Of a DNA stretch of 64,000 nt, positions 20,616-33,268 are shown one piece after another. Position 1 is the first letter of the stretch. Each line of letters starts with the position of its first letter. The position numbers and the translations under genes were made by a program. This DNA comes from Azolla caroliniana (lineage: Eukaryota; Plantae; Polypodiophyta): positions 12,028,001-12,092,000 of the forward strand of contig JBHGNT010000008.1 in the NCBI GenBank assembly GCA_043228905.1, read 5' to 3'. The notes beneath the pieces are model-generated. The model made no database searches and was not told the DNA's origin. It saw only the letters and a program-made list of their open reading frames with translations.

Positions 20616-21933
20616 TCCGCGATTACTCGGTTGTGGCCGAGCGGAGAAGGTGAATCGAAGACGGTGATTCCCAACACTGCCAACGACAAGAGGTGGGGAA
20701 ATGACGTGGCAACCGTCATGGCCGCCACGGGGGAAGGCGAAGCGCGTGGCGTTATCGGGGACCGAGGATGCAGGCGGGAAAATAATGAAGTAACAAAACA
20801 CAACAATCGATGACAGAGGGTGGGGCCTACCGAGGGGAGAGGCGGTAATACGTAAGAGGCGAGGAGGAGGAGGAGTGGATGTAAACGAGAAGGAGTAGCT
20901 CGCAAGGCGTGGTTGGAAGGAAAACAGAGGAGGAGACCTACCCGAGGAGGAGGTAGAGGTTAGACATGACGTGCAGAAGACGAGGCGACAACATGAAGCA
21001 TGCAATGCGCGGGGGCAGGAGTGTGAGCGCAAAGGGAGGAGGGAGAACGTTGCAGAAAACAGAGAGGGTCGTGAGGGAAAGGAGGATGAAACAAGGGTTG
21101 TGAGGGGAAAGGAGGAAGAAGAGAAAAACAACCGAACCAAAGTAAAAGAGAGAGGGAGAGAAAGAAAAAAACGCACCTAGCCGAGCCTATAAAACAACAA
21201 CAACAAACAAAACAAAACAAAACAAAACAAAGAAAACACGGAAGCCATAAAAAACTACTCGAGACGTTGATAGCTAAACAACAATCGAAACCAAAATCAA
21301 AACAAGGAAATAAAACGCAAACAAGGGATAAAACACTTGAGACGACTAGAGATAAAAAAGGTAACAGTAAAAAATAACAATAAAACAAGAGGATTAGAGA
21401 AATCGAGACGACTATGTGACGTAATACGAAAAAGAACAAGCTGAACCAAAATGATCTCGACCGCAAATAATAATAATAATAAATCGTTCATGGTACCCCT
21501 AAAATTAAAGGGTAACTCGACGATCGGAAATACTAATACGTAGACCGGAGGGGGGGGGGGTTGTGGTCTACCGGGTGCGGTACAGAGGTCGAGGGAGGAG
21601 ATGGGTCGAGTAGTTGATGGTCGGGATGGCATAAGGGAGGGGGGCGGGTTAAAAAAAACTATGAGGCGGCCAAGGTTTGTTTGCGGATGGTAGGGTTGGA
21701 CGGGGGTCCACTGGGGGTGTCATGAGGGTTTGGGGGAATTAGGAGCTTTTGGGAAGACTTGAGGGGATGGATGTGGGGGGTGTGTTGTTCGAGTGTTGTT
21801 CGAGGGTCTTTGTATATTTTTAAGGACCGACCCGTGACGTTTTTGTCGAAGGGATGGGAAGGGCTTGTGAAGCACTTTTACGGGGCGTTCGGCCTCCTAG
21901 TTGTTTAGTCCCATCGATTTCCATGGCCTTAAC

Positions 21934-24900
21934 CTAGGCGGGGTATTTGACCGATGTGCACAGTGGTTGGGTGTCTCGTGTAGTTGCGGTACAGTCGCGG
22001 GTGGGGAGCCGGCTTCGTTTCGGGACCAAGAAGCTAGTGGCGCCTTTGTGCCATCCTTGGGCGTTTGTGACTGTTTTTCTGACTCGCCAAATAGCACGTT
22101 CTCCGCGGCGTGGTCCTTCAGCGAAAATAGTGTAGATGTTCACCCATTTGCGTGGCACGAGTGTCTTTGTTTTGACGTTAGCGTTGCTCTGGTCATGGGT
22201 GGCTGGTGGGTGTGCGTGTTCCTTTTGGTTGGGTGGTTTCTCACTTTGAAGTTCACCAAGATCAGTGGGACGTGATTCAAGTGTTGTTGTAACGAGTTTC
22301 TCAGACCTCACCCCATTTGCCATTTGGAAGGAGACGATGTTCATGCTTGGTGCCAGGAGACATTTGCTTATGTAGCACCGATCTAAACTGAGGAGGCACT
22401 GGGTGTCCATTACATTGGGTGGGAGTACCCGAACTCTGATTCAGTGGTCGCTGTATTCTATTTTGATGTTACACACGAAGGTTCCAAGACAACATGATGT
22501 GGACCCCTCGAAGCCACGGAAGTTGTCATTGCATATTTCAAGGTTCGGGTGACCTGAGTGTCCCCATGTCTCGAAGGAGAAAAGTGTTAGTGATGCTCCG
22601 GTGTCGATTACCGTTGTTAAAGGTACGTTGTCGGCGAAGCATGGTAGTTGCTTCGTCCCGTCATTAGAGTTGACCGCCTTAGCGATGACTGCCAGGTGGG
22701 TGTCCCCTTGTCGTTTCAATTTCGCTTGCGCATTGCGGAGGTCAGTTACTAGTTGGGCCATTCGGCCTTCAGATGCCTTAAGTTTGGCTTCCACTTCTCA
22801 TTGCTGAGCTGTGAGTAGGGGTTCGAGGGTGAGGGGTCCGTAGCAACGTTTGAGCTTGCTCCCATTGATGAATCCTGGGACGTCGAGGCCCTCGAGTGTG
22901 CGTATTCGACATGCTCTTGTCTTGGTAATCTCTGAGACCACATATGGGCCTTCACCCCGTAATTTGAGCTTCTTTTTGTGCTGTTGAGAGGCGAATTTGA
23001 GCGCCATGTCTCCTTCAGTGAGATCTTTATCTCTTACTTTGTTGTCGTACCACGCCTTTCTATTGGCTTTCTCTGTCAAGAGTGCTTGGAATGCGATAAG
23101 GCGAGTTTCGGTCAACCGTTCTAGGTTCTCTAGGCGTGACGGGAGGGGGTCCTTGTCCCATCATTCTTGTATGGCTATCCGGAGGTTGGGGACAAGGAAC
23201 TCGATGGGCAATACCGCTTCATGTCCATATACTAGTTTGAATGGTGTGTGGCGAGTTGCAACTTTGTAGGAAGTGCGGAAAGCCCGCAATGCCGCTTGGA
23301 GTTTGGTGCTCCAATCAGACCGTGAAGCGGGGATTATCTTTGTGAGCACTGTGCATAACACCTTGTTCGTACTTTCCGCTTGTCCGTTGCACCACGGGTA
23401 ATAAGGGGAGCTCTTGTGATGTGTCACCATAAATTCGCCTAGTAGATGCGCTATCACTTCGTTGAGGAAATGAGGGCCTTGATCACTAATGATCTCGAGC
23501 GGACAACCAAACCGCGTTATGATGTTTTCGTATAGGAATTTGGCGGTGCTACGTGCGTCGGCATTAACGCAAGCTTTAGCTTCCACCCACTTGGTAGCGT
23601 AGTCAATGACAGTTATTATGTATTGATTAAGGTTGGAGGTTGGGCTGATTGGGCCAATAAAGTCGATACCCCATTTCTCAAACGGTTGCCATGCCACCAC
23701 CGGGTTTAATGTGTTGAAATCCGCTTTCAACGGATGTTTGAAACGCTGGCACTCATCACATCGGCGTACATAATCATATGTGTCTTTGAATAGTGTTGGC
23801 CACCATAGGCTGGACTGGAGGATTTTGCGTGCGGTGACCTCGTGAATGAAATGACCACTTCTGCTGCCGCAATGAGCTGGTTTGAGGATGGTGATGATAT
23901 CATGGTCCGGTACACACCTCCCAAGGACATCATCATTGCCTCTCCAATACAAGTTTCCTCTAAGCATTGTGAAGGGGCCACATTTACTTAACAAGACACG
24001 TGCATGTGCTCGACTTAGTTGATTTAGGAAAGTCGCCCCTTCGGTTAAGGCGCGAACAATGTCTGATGCCCATGATGGTATGGTGTCGATTGTGAATAAT
24101 GTTGCATTTGGTGTTTCGTTGTCAACCCCCGTGGCTTCTTCTCCATTTGGTATCTGGTAGAAATGATCGGCGAGTACATGGTCTTTTCCTTTTCTAACCA
24201 CCACCTTGAAGTCGAACTCGAGTAACGTTACGATCCATCGGGATATGCGTCCCGTGGTGTGGTTTTTGTTGACCAAGTAGAGGAGGGCTTGATGATCTAC
24301 GAAAAACGAGAAACATGATGCCAAGAGGTAATGTCAGAACTTTTTCACGCTGTAAACGAGGGCCAAAGCTTCTCGCTCCGTCGTGGAGTAATTTCGTTTG
24401 GCGTCGTTCAGTTGGCGACTAGCAAAGGTGATCGGTAGGTCGAGGGCCCCTTCACTGGGTTGAGCTAGCATTGCACCAATCGTAAAGGCAGAGGCATCAG
24501 TGTGAACGTGGAATTCTTTGGTCTAGTCTGGAGATCGGAGGATGGGAGCCTTAGTTAGGCACTCTTTCAGGAGCTTGAACGAGCAGGTGCATTCTTTAGT
24601 CCAGGCGTACTGCTTTAGCAAGGCATAGAGTGGTTTGGCCTTGTCTGCGAACATCTTGATGAAGCGTCTATAATAACCTGCGTACCCCATGAACCCTTGT
24701 AGTTGTTTCTCATTCGTGGGAGGTGGCATGTCTAGGATGAGTTTTACTTTTGCCTCGTCAGTCGAGATCTCATGTCGGGACACAACAGGACCTAATATTA
24801 ATCCGTGCTTGACCTAGAACTAACACTTGAGTGGGTTGAGAGAGAGTTGATAGGCCCTACATTTTATGAACGTCAAGCGGAGTAGCGCCAGGTGGTCACG

Positions 24901-25134
24901 CCATGTCGAATGGCAACATAAATCGTCGACATAGGATTCCACCCCTTGTCGTAACCTTGCCGCGAAGATATGGTCCGCCACCCTTTGATAGGTGCTCAGG
25001 GCACTTGTGACACCCGAAAGGCATCTGCTTATACGCGAACGTACCAAATTTTGTGGCGAAGACCATCTTGTGTTGATCCTCGGGCACCACCGAGATTTGG
25101 TTGTACCCCGAGAACCCGTCGATGAATCTATAAC
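21934..25134 (-). pseudogene. pol: Family C pol 3' part: RT-RH-INT plus an in-frame extension carrying a second retropepsin-like domain
   Basis: YVDD, VHTDAS, WGIDFIG, SDQG, GEGPY, then VIDTGASLTL in the same frame after a TGA. Confidence 0.85.
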
Positions 25135-25139
25135 CTTCG

Positions 25140-25578
25140 TGTAAAGAATCGGGTATGATTCTTGTGTAGCGGAAGATATGTGTGTTATGTTATGTGTATG
25201 TGTGAGAGGAATTAGAGGAGAGATGAGAGAACACAAGATAGATAGAAAAAGGAATACTCAAGAAGAAGGTGTGTATTCACAAGTAGAATAGGAAATACAA
25301 AATGTGAGGAGTCACAACCGACTTAGTATGAAGTGTGAGGAGGGTGCTTTATATATAGTCACCCTCTCTCTTCATTAACTAACTACAACAACCACTCTCT
25401 CTCTTGGGGAATATGAAAACTCATAGTCATGGGGAATATGTAACTCATTAGTTATGTGTCATAGAATATGATTCTATGACACATAGTTAATGTGTAGAGA
25501 GTAGTGGTGTGACTCTTGACCTTTGATTCTCAAAAGGTGTGTACACATGTTGTGCTATGTTGAGCTTGATTCTCAACA
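25140..25578 (-). repeat. 3' LTR of F1
   Basis: Direct repeat of 33269-33707. Confidence 0.93.
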
Positions 25579-25591
25579 TGCCCCCTCAAGC

Positions 25592-27300
25592 TCAACTCGG
25601 GTCGGTTCCTTTTGATTGATGTCTACTTCTGCTGGTATCCGGTTCGGACGATCTCCGGTGTCTGCTTCGGCTTGTACCCGGTTCAGACGGTATCCAGTTC
25701 TCGCTTGTACTCCCCCTCAAGCTTGGCAAGTCAGGGATCGTCCATCCAAGGTCTGACATGAATTGCCGAAGCTTGTTGGCTCCTAAAGCTTTCGTGAAGA
25801 TGTTGTCCGCCTGAATATTCGTGTTGAAGTGTTGAAGGTCGACATCTCCGGCCTGTACACGCTCTCGAATGAAGTGATAGTGCACTTCGATGTGGTTTGT
25901 GCACGCGTGGAACACCAGGTTCCGAGCCATATATATATTGCTCATGTTGTCGCAGTAAATGGAAGTCGGATCTTTGATGGGGACGCCCAGATCCTTCAAA
26001 ATCCTCTTCAGGCATACGGCTTCACATGCAGCTATGGCTGCACCCCTGCATTCGGCCTTTGTACTCGAAAGTGCGACAGTCGGTTGCTTCTTACTACTCC
26101 AAGATATTTCTCCGCTACCGAGTGAGAAGACAAATCCGGAGGTCGATCGTCAATCAACTTTGTAGCCTGCCTAGACCGCGTCTATGTACCCTTCAAGTTG
26201 TATTGGTGGGGCCAACGTGTAGAGAACGTCGTAATCCATTGTGCCGCTCACGTATCATAATACTCGCTTAGCGCAATCGAAATGGATATCTCGTGGAGTT
26301 TGCATGAATTGGCTAAGGAGTCCGACTAGATAGCTAAGGTTGGGTCGAGTGATCGTGAGAAAGATGAGGCTCCCGATCAGTTGACAATATTGGGTTGGCT
26401 CGCACTCATCTGTGACGGAGTCACCATCTAGTTTGAGGTTTCGATCAAGAGGCGTAGCAACCGATTTGCACTCAGTCATCCCGAACTTGTATAACAAGTT
26501 GAGGATGTAGTGCCGTTGAGAGATCAAAATGACGGTCAGAATTCGAATTACTTCGATGCCAAGGAAGTAATGGAGCTCCTTCATGTCCGTCATCTTGAAT
26601 TTGCCGGAGAGGAGGGACTTGACCTTGTTGATGTCGACTAGACTTTCACCTCTAATGACCAGATCATCCACGTATAGGATGATGACAATTAAGCTTCTAG
26701 AGTCGTATTGTACGTAGAGGGAGTTGTCGGATTTCGACATTCGAAAGCCGATTTGATGAAGATATTGTGTAATCTTCGAATGCCAAGCACACGGTGCTTG
26801 CTTGAGGCCGTAGAGTAGCTTCTTGAGTCGGCACACGGCTTTTGGATGAGTACGTGATTCGAAGCCGGGTGGTTGTAGCATGTACACCTCCTCTTCTAAT
26901 TCGCCTTGAAGAAAGGTGTTCTTGACATCCATTTGGTGGAGGTGCCACCCTTTTGCCATTGCAAGTACGATCACGGTCCGCACCGTCATCATCTTTGCCA
27001 CTGGGGCAAAAGTCTCTTCATAGTCGGTTCCATGTGTTTGTTCATATCCTTTCGCTACGAGTTGAGCTTTGTAGCAGTTGACGGAGCCGTCAGCATTATA
27101 CTTCACCTTGTAGATCCATCTGCAGCTCATTGCCTTCTTGTGCGGTGAGTGGGGAACGAGATCCCATGTCTCGTTCTTGCGTAGTGCACGCATCTCCTCG
27201 TTCATTGCTTCGCTCCATCGCGGATCCTTCGTGGCTTCAGAAAGGTTTCTGGCTCCCATACTGTTGCTACCTTCATCATAAAGGCGTAATGGTACGCCAT
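25592..27300 (-). pseudogene. pol: Copia RT and RNase H of F1
   Basis: QMDVKNTFL, LYVDDL, YCDN, HIEVHYHF. Confidence 0.9.
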
Positions 27301-27302
27301 AT

Positions 27303-27735
27303 TGTTAACTCTTCGGGCCGGACAATGGCCTAACACAAGGTGTCTACGGGAGACACTTCACCAAAGGGTGTTACGGCAACCGGATTAGACTTCAACGCTT
27401 GATCCGACTTAATCAAGTTACTTATTAGGATCGTCTTCATAACATGCGTAAGATATAACAATTAAGACAGAACGGCAATTAACACAGAGATATAACAACG
27501 CTTAAGCTTTCATTAATTAACCGCTAACTATTACATTGTATCCGGGCCTTTAAATAGGTTTCCGGTCTGTATTACAAAACGGTGCCATCCGCACCTGTTC
27601 GGGATCGGTCCGGATCCGGAACGGCATACCGATTCCGGTCCGTCCGTCCACACTCATAGCTTAATTACAACCACATTCCTATTACTTAATTAGCTCTCCG
27701 TCTCCCACTCTGGACTCCTTTGCCGGCCGGTAACA
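27303..27735 (-). repeat. 3' LTR of A2
   Basis: TGTTA...TAACA, homologous to 6761-7170. Confidence 0.9.
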
Positions 27736-27737
27736 CA

Positions 27738-27780
27738 TGGCACGCCCGTGGGACAGTACCTTGTACGTCGAATCCACAAC
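27738..27780 (-). other. tRNA-Arg-like motif of A2 (reads as PBS TGGCACGCCCGTGGGAC on the + strand)
   Basis: GTTGTGGATTCGA-CGTACAAGGTACT-GTCCCACGGGCGTGCCA on the minus strand. Confidence 0.85.
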
Positions 27781-29022
27781 CGACCCTTGCTATTCTTCGT
27801 CCAAAATGTCCAGAATGCTTTGTTCGAGAGGCTCCAATGGTTCATCTGGAAGTGGTTGTTGTTGTTGTTGTTGCTGCTCTGCTGCTGTCTGCTGCGGCGG
27901 GTCCGTTGGTGGTTGCTGCGGCTGCTCCTCCGTTTGTGGCTCTGACACAGGCGTCTCCGTCGTTGCTCCCTGCGTCGTGGTGGTCTCCGGTTGACTGGTT
28001 CCCAGTTGGCCCTCAGCCGGCGACGGTTCCTCATCACTAAGGTTAACCGTTGTCGCTTCCCGTGCTTTCTCTTCCCGCACCCGGGACCGCTCGTAGCTTT
28101 CAAACTGGATTTGAGCGTCCAACCTATCATCGTCCAGCTGAGCTACGAGCTGCCTAACCTGCGCCAGCTGTTCATCTGCCAGGACTTGGAAGTCGTCGGC
28201 CAGCTCGTCCCGTATGGCGGTGAAGTCCTCGGAAGTCAACGTATAACAGTCATCTCCTTCCTTCCGCCGGTTTGCCACATCCGCCCGTAGCAACTGGAGT
28301 TCCGCCGCGTTTTGTGCCTACTTTGTCCACCATTTTACGGAGCTTTCATCAATCAAGTGTTTCGTCTGATTCAGCCATGCCCGGAGGATGGACTGAATCC
28401 GGCTTGTTCCCAATTGCGACTTGGTTTCCGCCGCTTGCCGTTCCTCCTTCAGTTGTTTGATGATTTTTACGTTGTCCTCCGCCTGCGCCTTGTAATGCGT
28501 CAATTGCCTTTGATATGTACTTTGTAATTTCTGCAATACTGTTGACGCTCTCTCTTTGTCTTCCTGCTGCTGCCTCTGGAGCTCCATCCGGACCTTCTCC
28601 GCCTCTTCCAAGTGTCTTGTATTTTCCACCCATTCGTCGGCGATCGCCGTAGCGGCCCGATCAACTGCCTGCTAGAGCTCAGCCATCCATTCTTTATGCT
28701 CTATTTCCAGCCGTTTGTAGTCCCGGTGCAGGTGCTCAAAATCATCTGTCTTTTGCTTGAGCCATGCGTTGATCTGACGACGGGCCCGGTCCTCGCGGTC
28801 CTTCTGCTGGCGGAGCTCTTCCTTTAGCCGTTCAATCTCTGTTTCCGCCGTTTTCCGCAGCTTGTCCTTTTCCTGCAGTACTTTGTCTTTCTCCTCCTAT
28901 AGCCGGTCGTACGCTTGATGGCCTTTCCGGAGGCTCTCCTCTGCCCGGCGGAGGTTCTCAGCAGTCTTCTTTAATTCGGCTTCGGCTGCCGTCTTCAATT
29001 CTCGTTCACGGCTCCTTAGCGC

Positions 29023-29878
29023 TGTCGTAGTGTAGGTTGCACACTATGTGGAAATTATATTTTTGTCCCTCTGGATAGAAAATGGAGTGCTCGGTGAGAA
29101 ACGGAAGAAAACGGCATACCGGCAAGGAGGAAAACGGCATACCGGCAAGGAGGAAAACCGGCATACCGGCAAGGAGGAAAACGGCATACCGGCAAGGAAG
29201 AAAACGGCATACCGGCAAGGAAGAGCCGGATAAAGAGACATAAATGTAAAAAGAAAGGAAATACTCACTACTGCGCAGGGCGTGATTCGAACTCTGCACC
29301 TCTACGTTGACAAACCCCAACCTTACCATTACATTAACTTATCTTAAGTGTTTTAAATATAGATTTAATACGTATAAGACCTTTATTTATGCATACCTTT
29401 ATTAAAAGGTAAATCGTGTATTTTTTAATATATGAAAAAGAAAAACGCGAGACACTAAAAATAACTCATGCACATCTAGCGTGCATGAGCCCTATACTTA
29501 GGAAATAAAAAAGCATCACATGGACATTTAGTGGACATGAACACTTTTGTAAAAAAAAAAAAAAGCATGAAGCCATGCTTAGCTCTTCTTTCCTTATATA
29601 AGGAGGAGAGAAATATGTAAAGGGTTGTTGATTATTTGGATTAAGTATTAACCAATACAAAAATTATTCGTGGGATTCACGATTTATACATCTACTTCTC
29701 TCTTAACACCCTAAGTACCAATTAATATAGTATACTCGTGTGATTCACGAGTTTCTTATCTTTCTCTTTGCTATTTACTCATAATTAATCTCTATCTCAC
29801 GAACTTCTTTCTCCTAGTCCAAGACCTCTGTGGTTCCCACCCGACTCACGCAACGATCCGGAGCCGAAAGGCACGACA
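29023..29878 (+). mobile_element. Solo LTR of a family B relative, inserted in A2 ORF3
   Basis: TGTCGT...ACGACA ends. Flanks GCGC/ACGC. ORF3 rejoins across it. Carries a ~23-bp tandem repeat (x5) at about 29108-29222. Confidence 0.88.
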
Positions 29879-30515
29879 ACGCTTCTTGTGCGGCAAGTTC
29901 CTCTCTCAATTCCGCAAGCTCCCGAGCTTGCGCCGCATCTCTCGCCGGAACGGTTTCCGTTGCCGGGGTCTTATTGCTGTGTATAGGTCGTTCCGTTTCA
30001 TTATTCTGTACACTTACCGGAGTCACCGGTGATTGGATCCGTATTTTGGCCATCTCTATCGTGACCTGATCCAAATCTTTTTCAAGGCACCGGATTCTGG
30101 ACCGGGCCGTCTCTAGTTGTTCGGTTGTGACGAGCAACCGTTCGCTTTGCGCTCTTTCTTCCGCCTCTATATACCCCACTGCTCCGGCTATCTGTTCGCC
30201 TATCCACCGGAGCCACAGGCTACCGGTGCCCTGTTGTGCTTGCACGGAGGTTTGATAGATGGGCTCACTTGTAGAGGGGTGGTCCCGCCTGGTTGCGCCG
30301 AGTTGCTGTTCCGTTTTTGCCCGTGGACCATCCTGCTGTCCTGGTTCCCCTTGCGCTTCTTCTTGGCTGACCAAGGGAGGCTGCAGTGACCTTTCCGGCT
30401 CTGGTGGGATGGGACTTGCCGGTGTTGCCGGTGTTGCCGGTGGTGCCGGGGCTTCTGTTTCCGGTGCCATCTGCACCGGTTCCGGTTCCTTCCTTGGCGT
30501 AGGAGTCTCAGTCTG

Positions 30516-33101
30516 CCGAATCATCTTACGGGGTTCTTTTCATGGGTGGATCGGCAGAGCTTCTCGTTTGCGGATACTACGGCTTTCTCCGCTCCATTTT
30601 TCTGGATCTCAAGGCCTTCGAACTCACTATCGAGGGAGTGAGTCGATTTGTTGCAGTCGAAGTGATCGTCTTCATACTCCGGCATTTTTGCCTTCCCTTT
30701 GTCCAGCTTCGGACTCGGCCGAGATGTGCTTTGATCGCTCGGGGGCTCTTGTGGCCCACTAAGCCTTGTCGTAATCGGGCTTTCTTCGAACATGCGCGTG
30801 AGCTGATCTTCGGCTTCTATCTCTATTTCGGCGTATTCCGGGTCGAGCGGCATTGGAGTCGATGTTGTCTCTGGTGTGTACCAAGATGCCGACTCGTCGA
30901 AAAAAACGTCTCGACTTACTAGAGATTTTTGAGTTGAGGGGTTATAACACTTGTACCCCTTTTGCTCCAGTGAGTATCCTACGAGGATACATTTCTCCGA
31001 CTTTGGGTCAAGCTTTTGTCGCTTCTCATCGGGGATGTGCACGTATGCAATGGAGCCGAATATCCGAACATGTGATAGGTCTAGCTTTTTTTTGAAAAAC
31101 TTCTCGTGCGGAGTAAGTTCATGCACACCCGATGTCGTACACTGATTCTTGAGGTATATGGCCATGTTAGCTGCTTCTGCCTAGTACGACTTCGGCACGT
31201 GCTTTTCGTTCATCATGGCCCGTGTTACTTCGAGGATGTGCCGATTCTTTCGTTCGGCCACTCCGTTTCCTTCTTTCCGTAGATACGCCGTAAACTCATT
31301 CGAGAAATATTCCTTGCCTCCATCGGACCGAAGACACCATACCGTACATGTCGGCCCGTGTCTTTCTCGACTTCATTCTTGAATTTTTGGAAGTGTCCGA
31401 ACACTTCACTCTTTTGCCGCATTGGGTAGATCTAAGTGTGCCTAGAGAAGTCGTCGATGAAGGTCATGTAGTATCGACATCCGCTGAATGTCGTCGTCTG
31501 AGCCAGACCCCATACATCGGAATGAATTACGTCGAGTACGCCTTTGCTCACGTCCGCTCCTTCGGAAATGGTTGCCAATGTTTCTTGCAGAATTGGCAAG
31601 CAACACACACGCCTTCGATCTCTTTCTCCATGAATGTCGGGAGCCCGATGATGACTCCTTTCGATTGCATTGCCTTGAGCGTTTGGAGGTTGATATGGCC
31701 AATCCGCTTGTGCCATAACTCTATGTCGGAATCGGCTTTCATGCCCTTTGCAAACATGACCGATTTCGTCTCGTGTGAGTTGAGAATGAACATTCGGCCC
31801 ACTCTTCGTCCGCGAGCGATGAGTCGGCCCTCTTTTTCGATGAAGCAACCACCTTGATTAAATTGTACTTGCATTCCTTGCTCTACAATTTGGCTGATGG
31901 AAACCAAATTCTTCATGATAGTCGGTACATGCAAGACATTTTTAATATAAGATTGCTTACCTTCTTCTCCGAACGGAACATTGCCGATGTGCCGAATCGG
32001 GTGCATAGTGTCGTCTCCGGTTTGGACATAGCCAGGTCGGTTCGGCTCTCGAAGTTCTCGGACCCATTCTTGATGCGACGTCATATGGTTCGATGCACTA
32101 GAATTGACGAACCATACGTCTTCCGGACCGGAGGCACTAGTAGAAGTAGATGTGGACATAGAATTCTCTCTATGTCTCATCACGAACATTCCTCCACGGT
32201 TGTCATAGTCGGTGTTGATGGCGTAGTTTGTGAGTTGGCGGTTAGTGGAAGCTAACTCGCGTATCTTCTTACGGCATTCTTCTTCGTGGTGACTGATTTT
32301 TCCGCAATCTCCACATTGGACCGAACTTTGTTGGTTCGGACCGGAATGGACGGTCCCCCTTCTTCCGAAGGTTCCTTGATGGCTTCCGTCTTGATGCCGA
32401 AATTGCGAGTTGTTTTCGTAAGTTGGGCCTCGTCCTTGGCCGAATCGGCTTCTTCTTGCACGTCCGTGTCCTCTTCCTCCATCTGAATGCATGTAGAGCA
32501 TGTGGCCTTCCGAGGAGTTGCTTCTCGTTCGAACATGGTTTTCTTCGACCAACAACATAGATTGAAGATCAACGAAGGAGGGTGGATTCTCTCGTGCTAG
32601 TACGGCGGTCCGCATTGCGCCGAATCGTGGTGCAAGGTCGCCAAAGCATATTTGTACCATCTCATCATCGTCCACATTGACGCTTATCGAGCCAAGCGAG
32701 TCGCAAAGCTCCTTGATCTTCAAGGTGTAGCTTGTGATGGACATATCCCTTTGTTGGATGTTGTTCAACTCTTGGCGGAGTTGAAGCTTTCTCATAGTAG
32801 TGTTGGCGGCGAAAATCTTGCGTAGATTCTCCCACGCTTCCTTCGGCGTCTTGGCTTCTTGAATGTACCCGAGCATGTGGTCGTGAACACATGCCTCCAA
32901 GCAACACATCACTCGGCTTGCCGCTTGCTCCCACGTTGCATAGTTGGCGGCTTCTGGGTAGGGTCGGTTTTCTTGTGCTCCCTTGATGTAACCCCAATAG
33001 CCTTGGCCGACAAGGTATTCGAGCATCTTGTACTCCCAAGATGCGAAGTTGTTTCGGTCCAACTTCTCGCTAGGGAGAGCGCTTCCCATTTGAGTATTCA
33101 T
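30516..33101 (-). pseudogene. gag-pol: Copia gag-PR-INT of F1
   Basis: KLDRNNFASWEYKM, CGDCGKISHHEEEC, LWHKRIGH, IHSDVWG, KLDPKSEKC. Confidence 0.9.
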
Positions 33102-33268
33102 TGTTGATTAAGCTTCCGTTCTTCTTTTCCTTCTCTCTCGAACATGAGGTATGTAGTGGTACTACGATAGCGATGAACTGGTTCTTCTTGAAGGTTGGCG
33201 TAGAGCACAACACACGATCACGATGAGGCGAGTGGGCTAGATCGAGCTACCAAATCACATTGATACCA

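Larger units (their letters stand above)
16367..20676 (+). mobile_element. Ty1/copia element E1 (Tnt1-like), internally deleted
   Basis: TSD CTGCC (16362-66 and 20677-81). 5' LTR 16367-17142. PBS TGGTATCAGAGC (tRNA-iMet) at 17146-57. 3' LTR reduced to about 20441-20676. Confidence 0.95.
27303..30515 (-). mobile_element. Family A copy 2: 3' half of ORF3, tRNA-like motif and 3' LTR; 5' part deleted
   Basis: ORF3 homology (WLRWIGEQIAGAV, KEGDDCY), motif at 27738-27780, LTR at 27303-27735. Confidence 0.92.

Noticed and set aside
29814-30524. 236-aa ORF as an independent gene
   Set aside because: It is an ORF3 fragment whose ends derive from the copia and solo LTR junctions.
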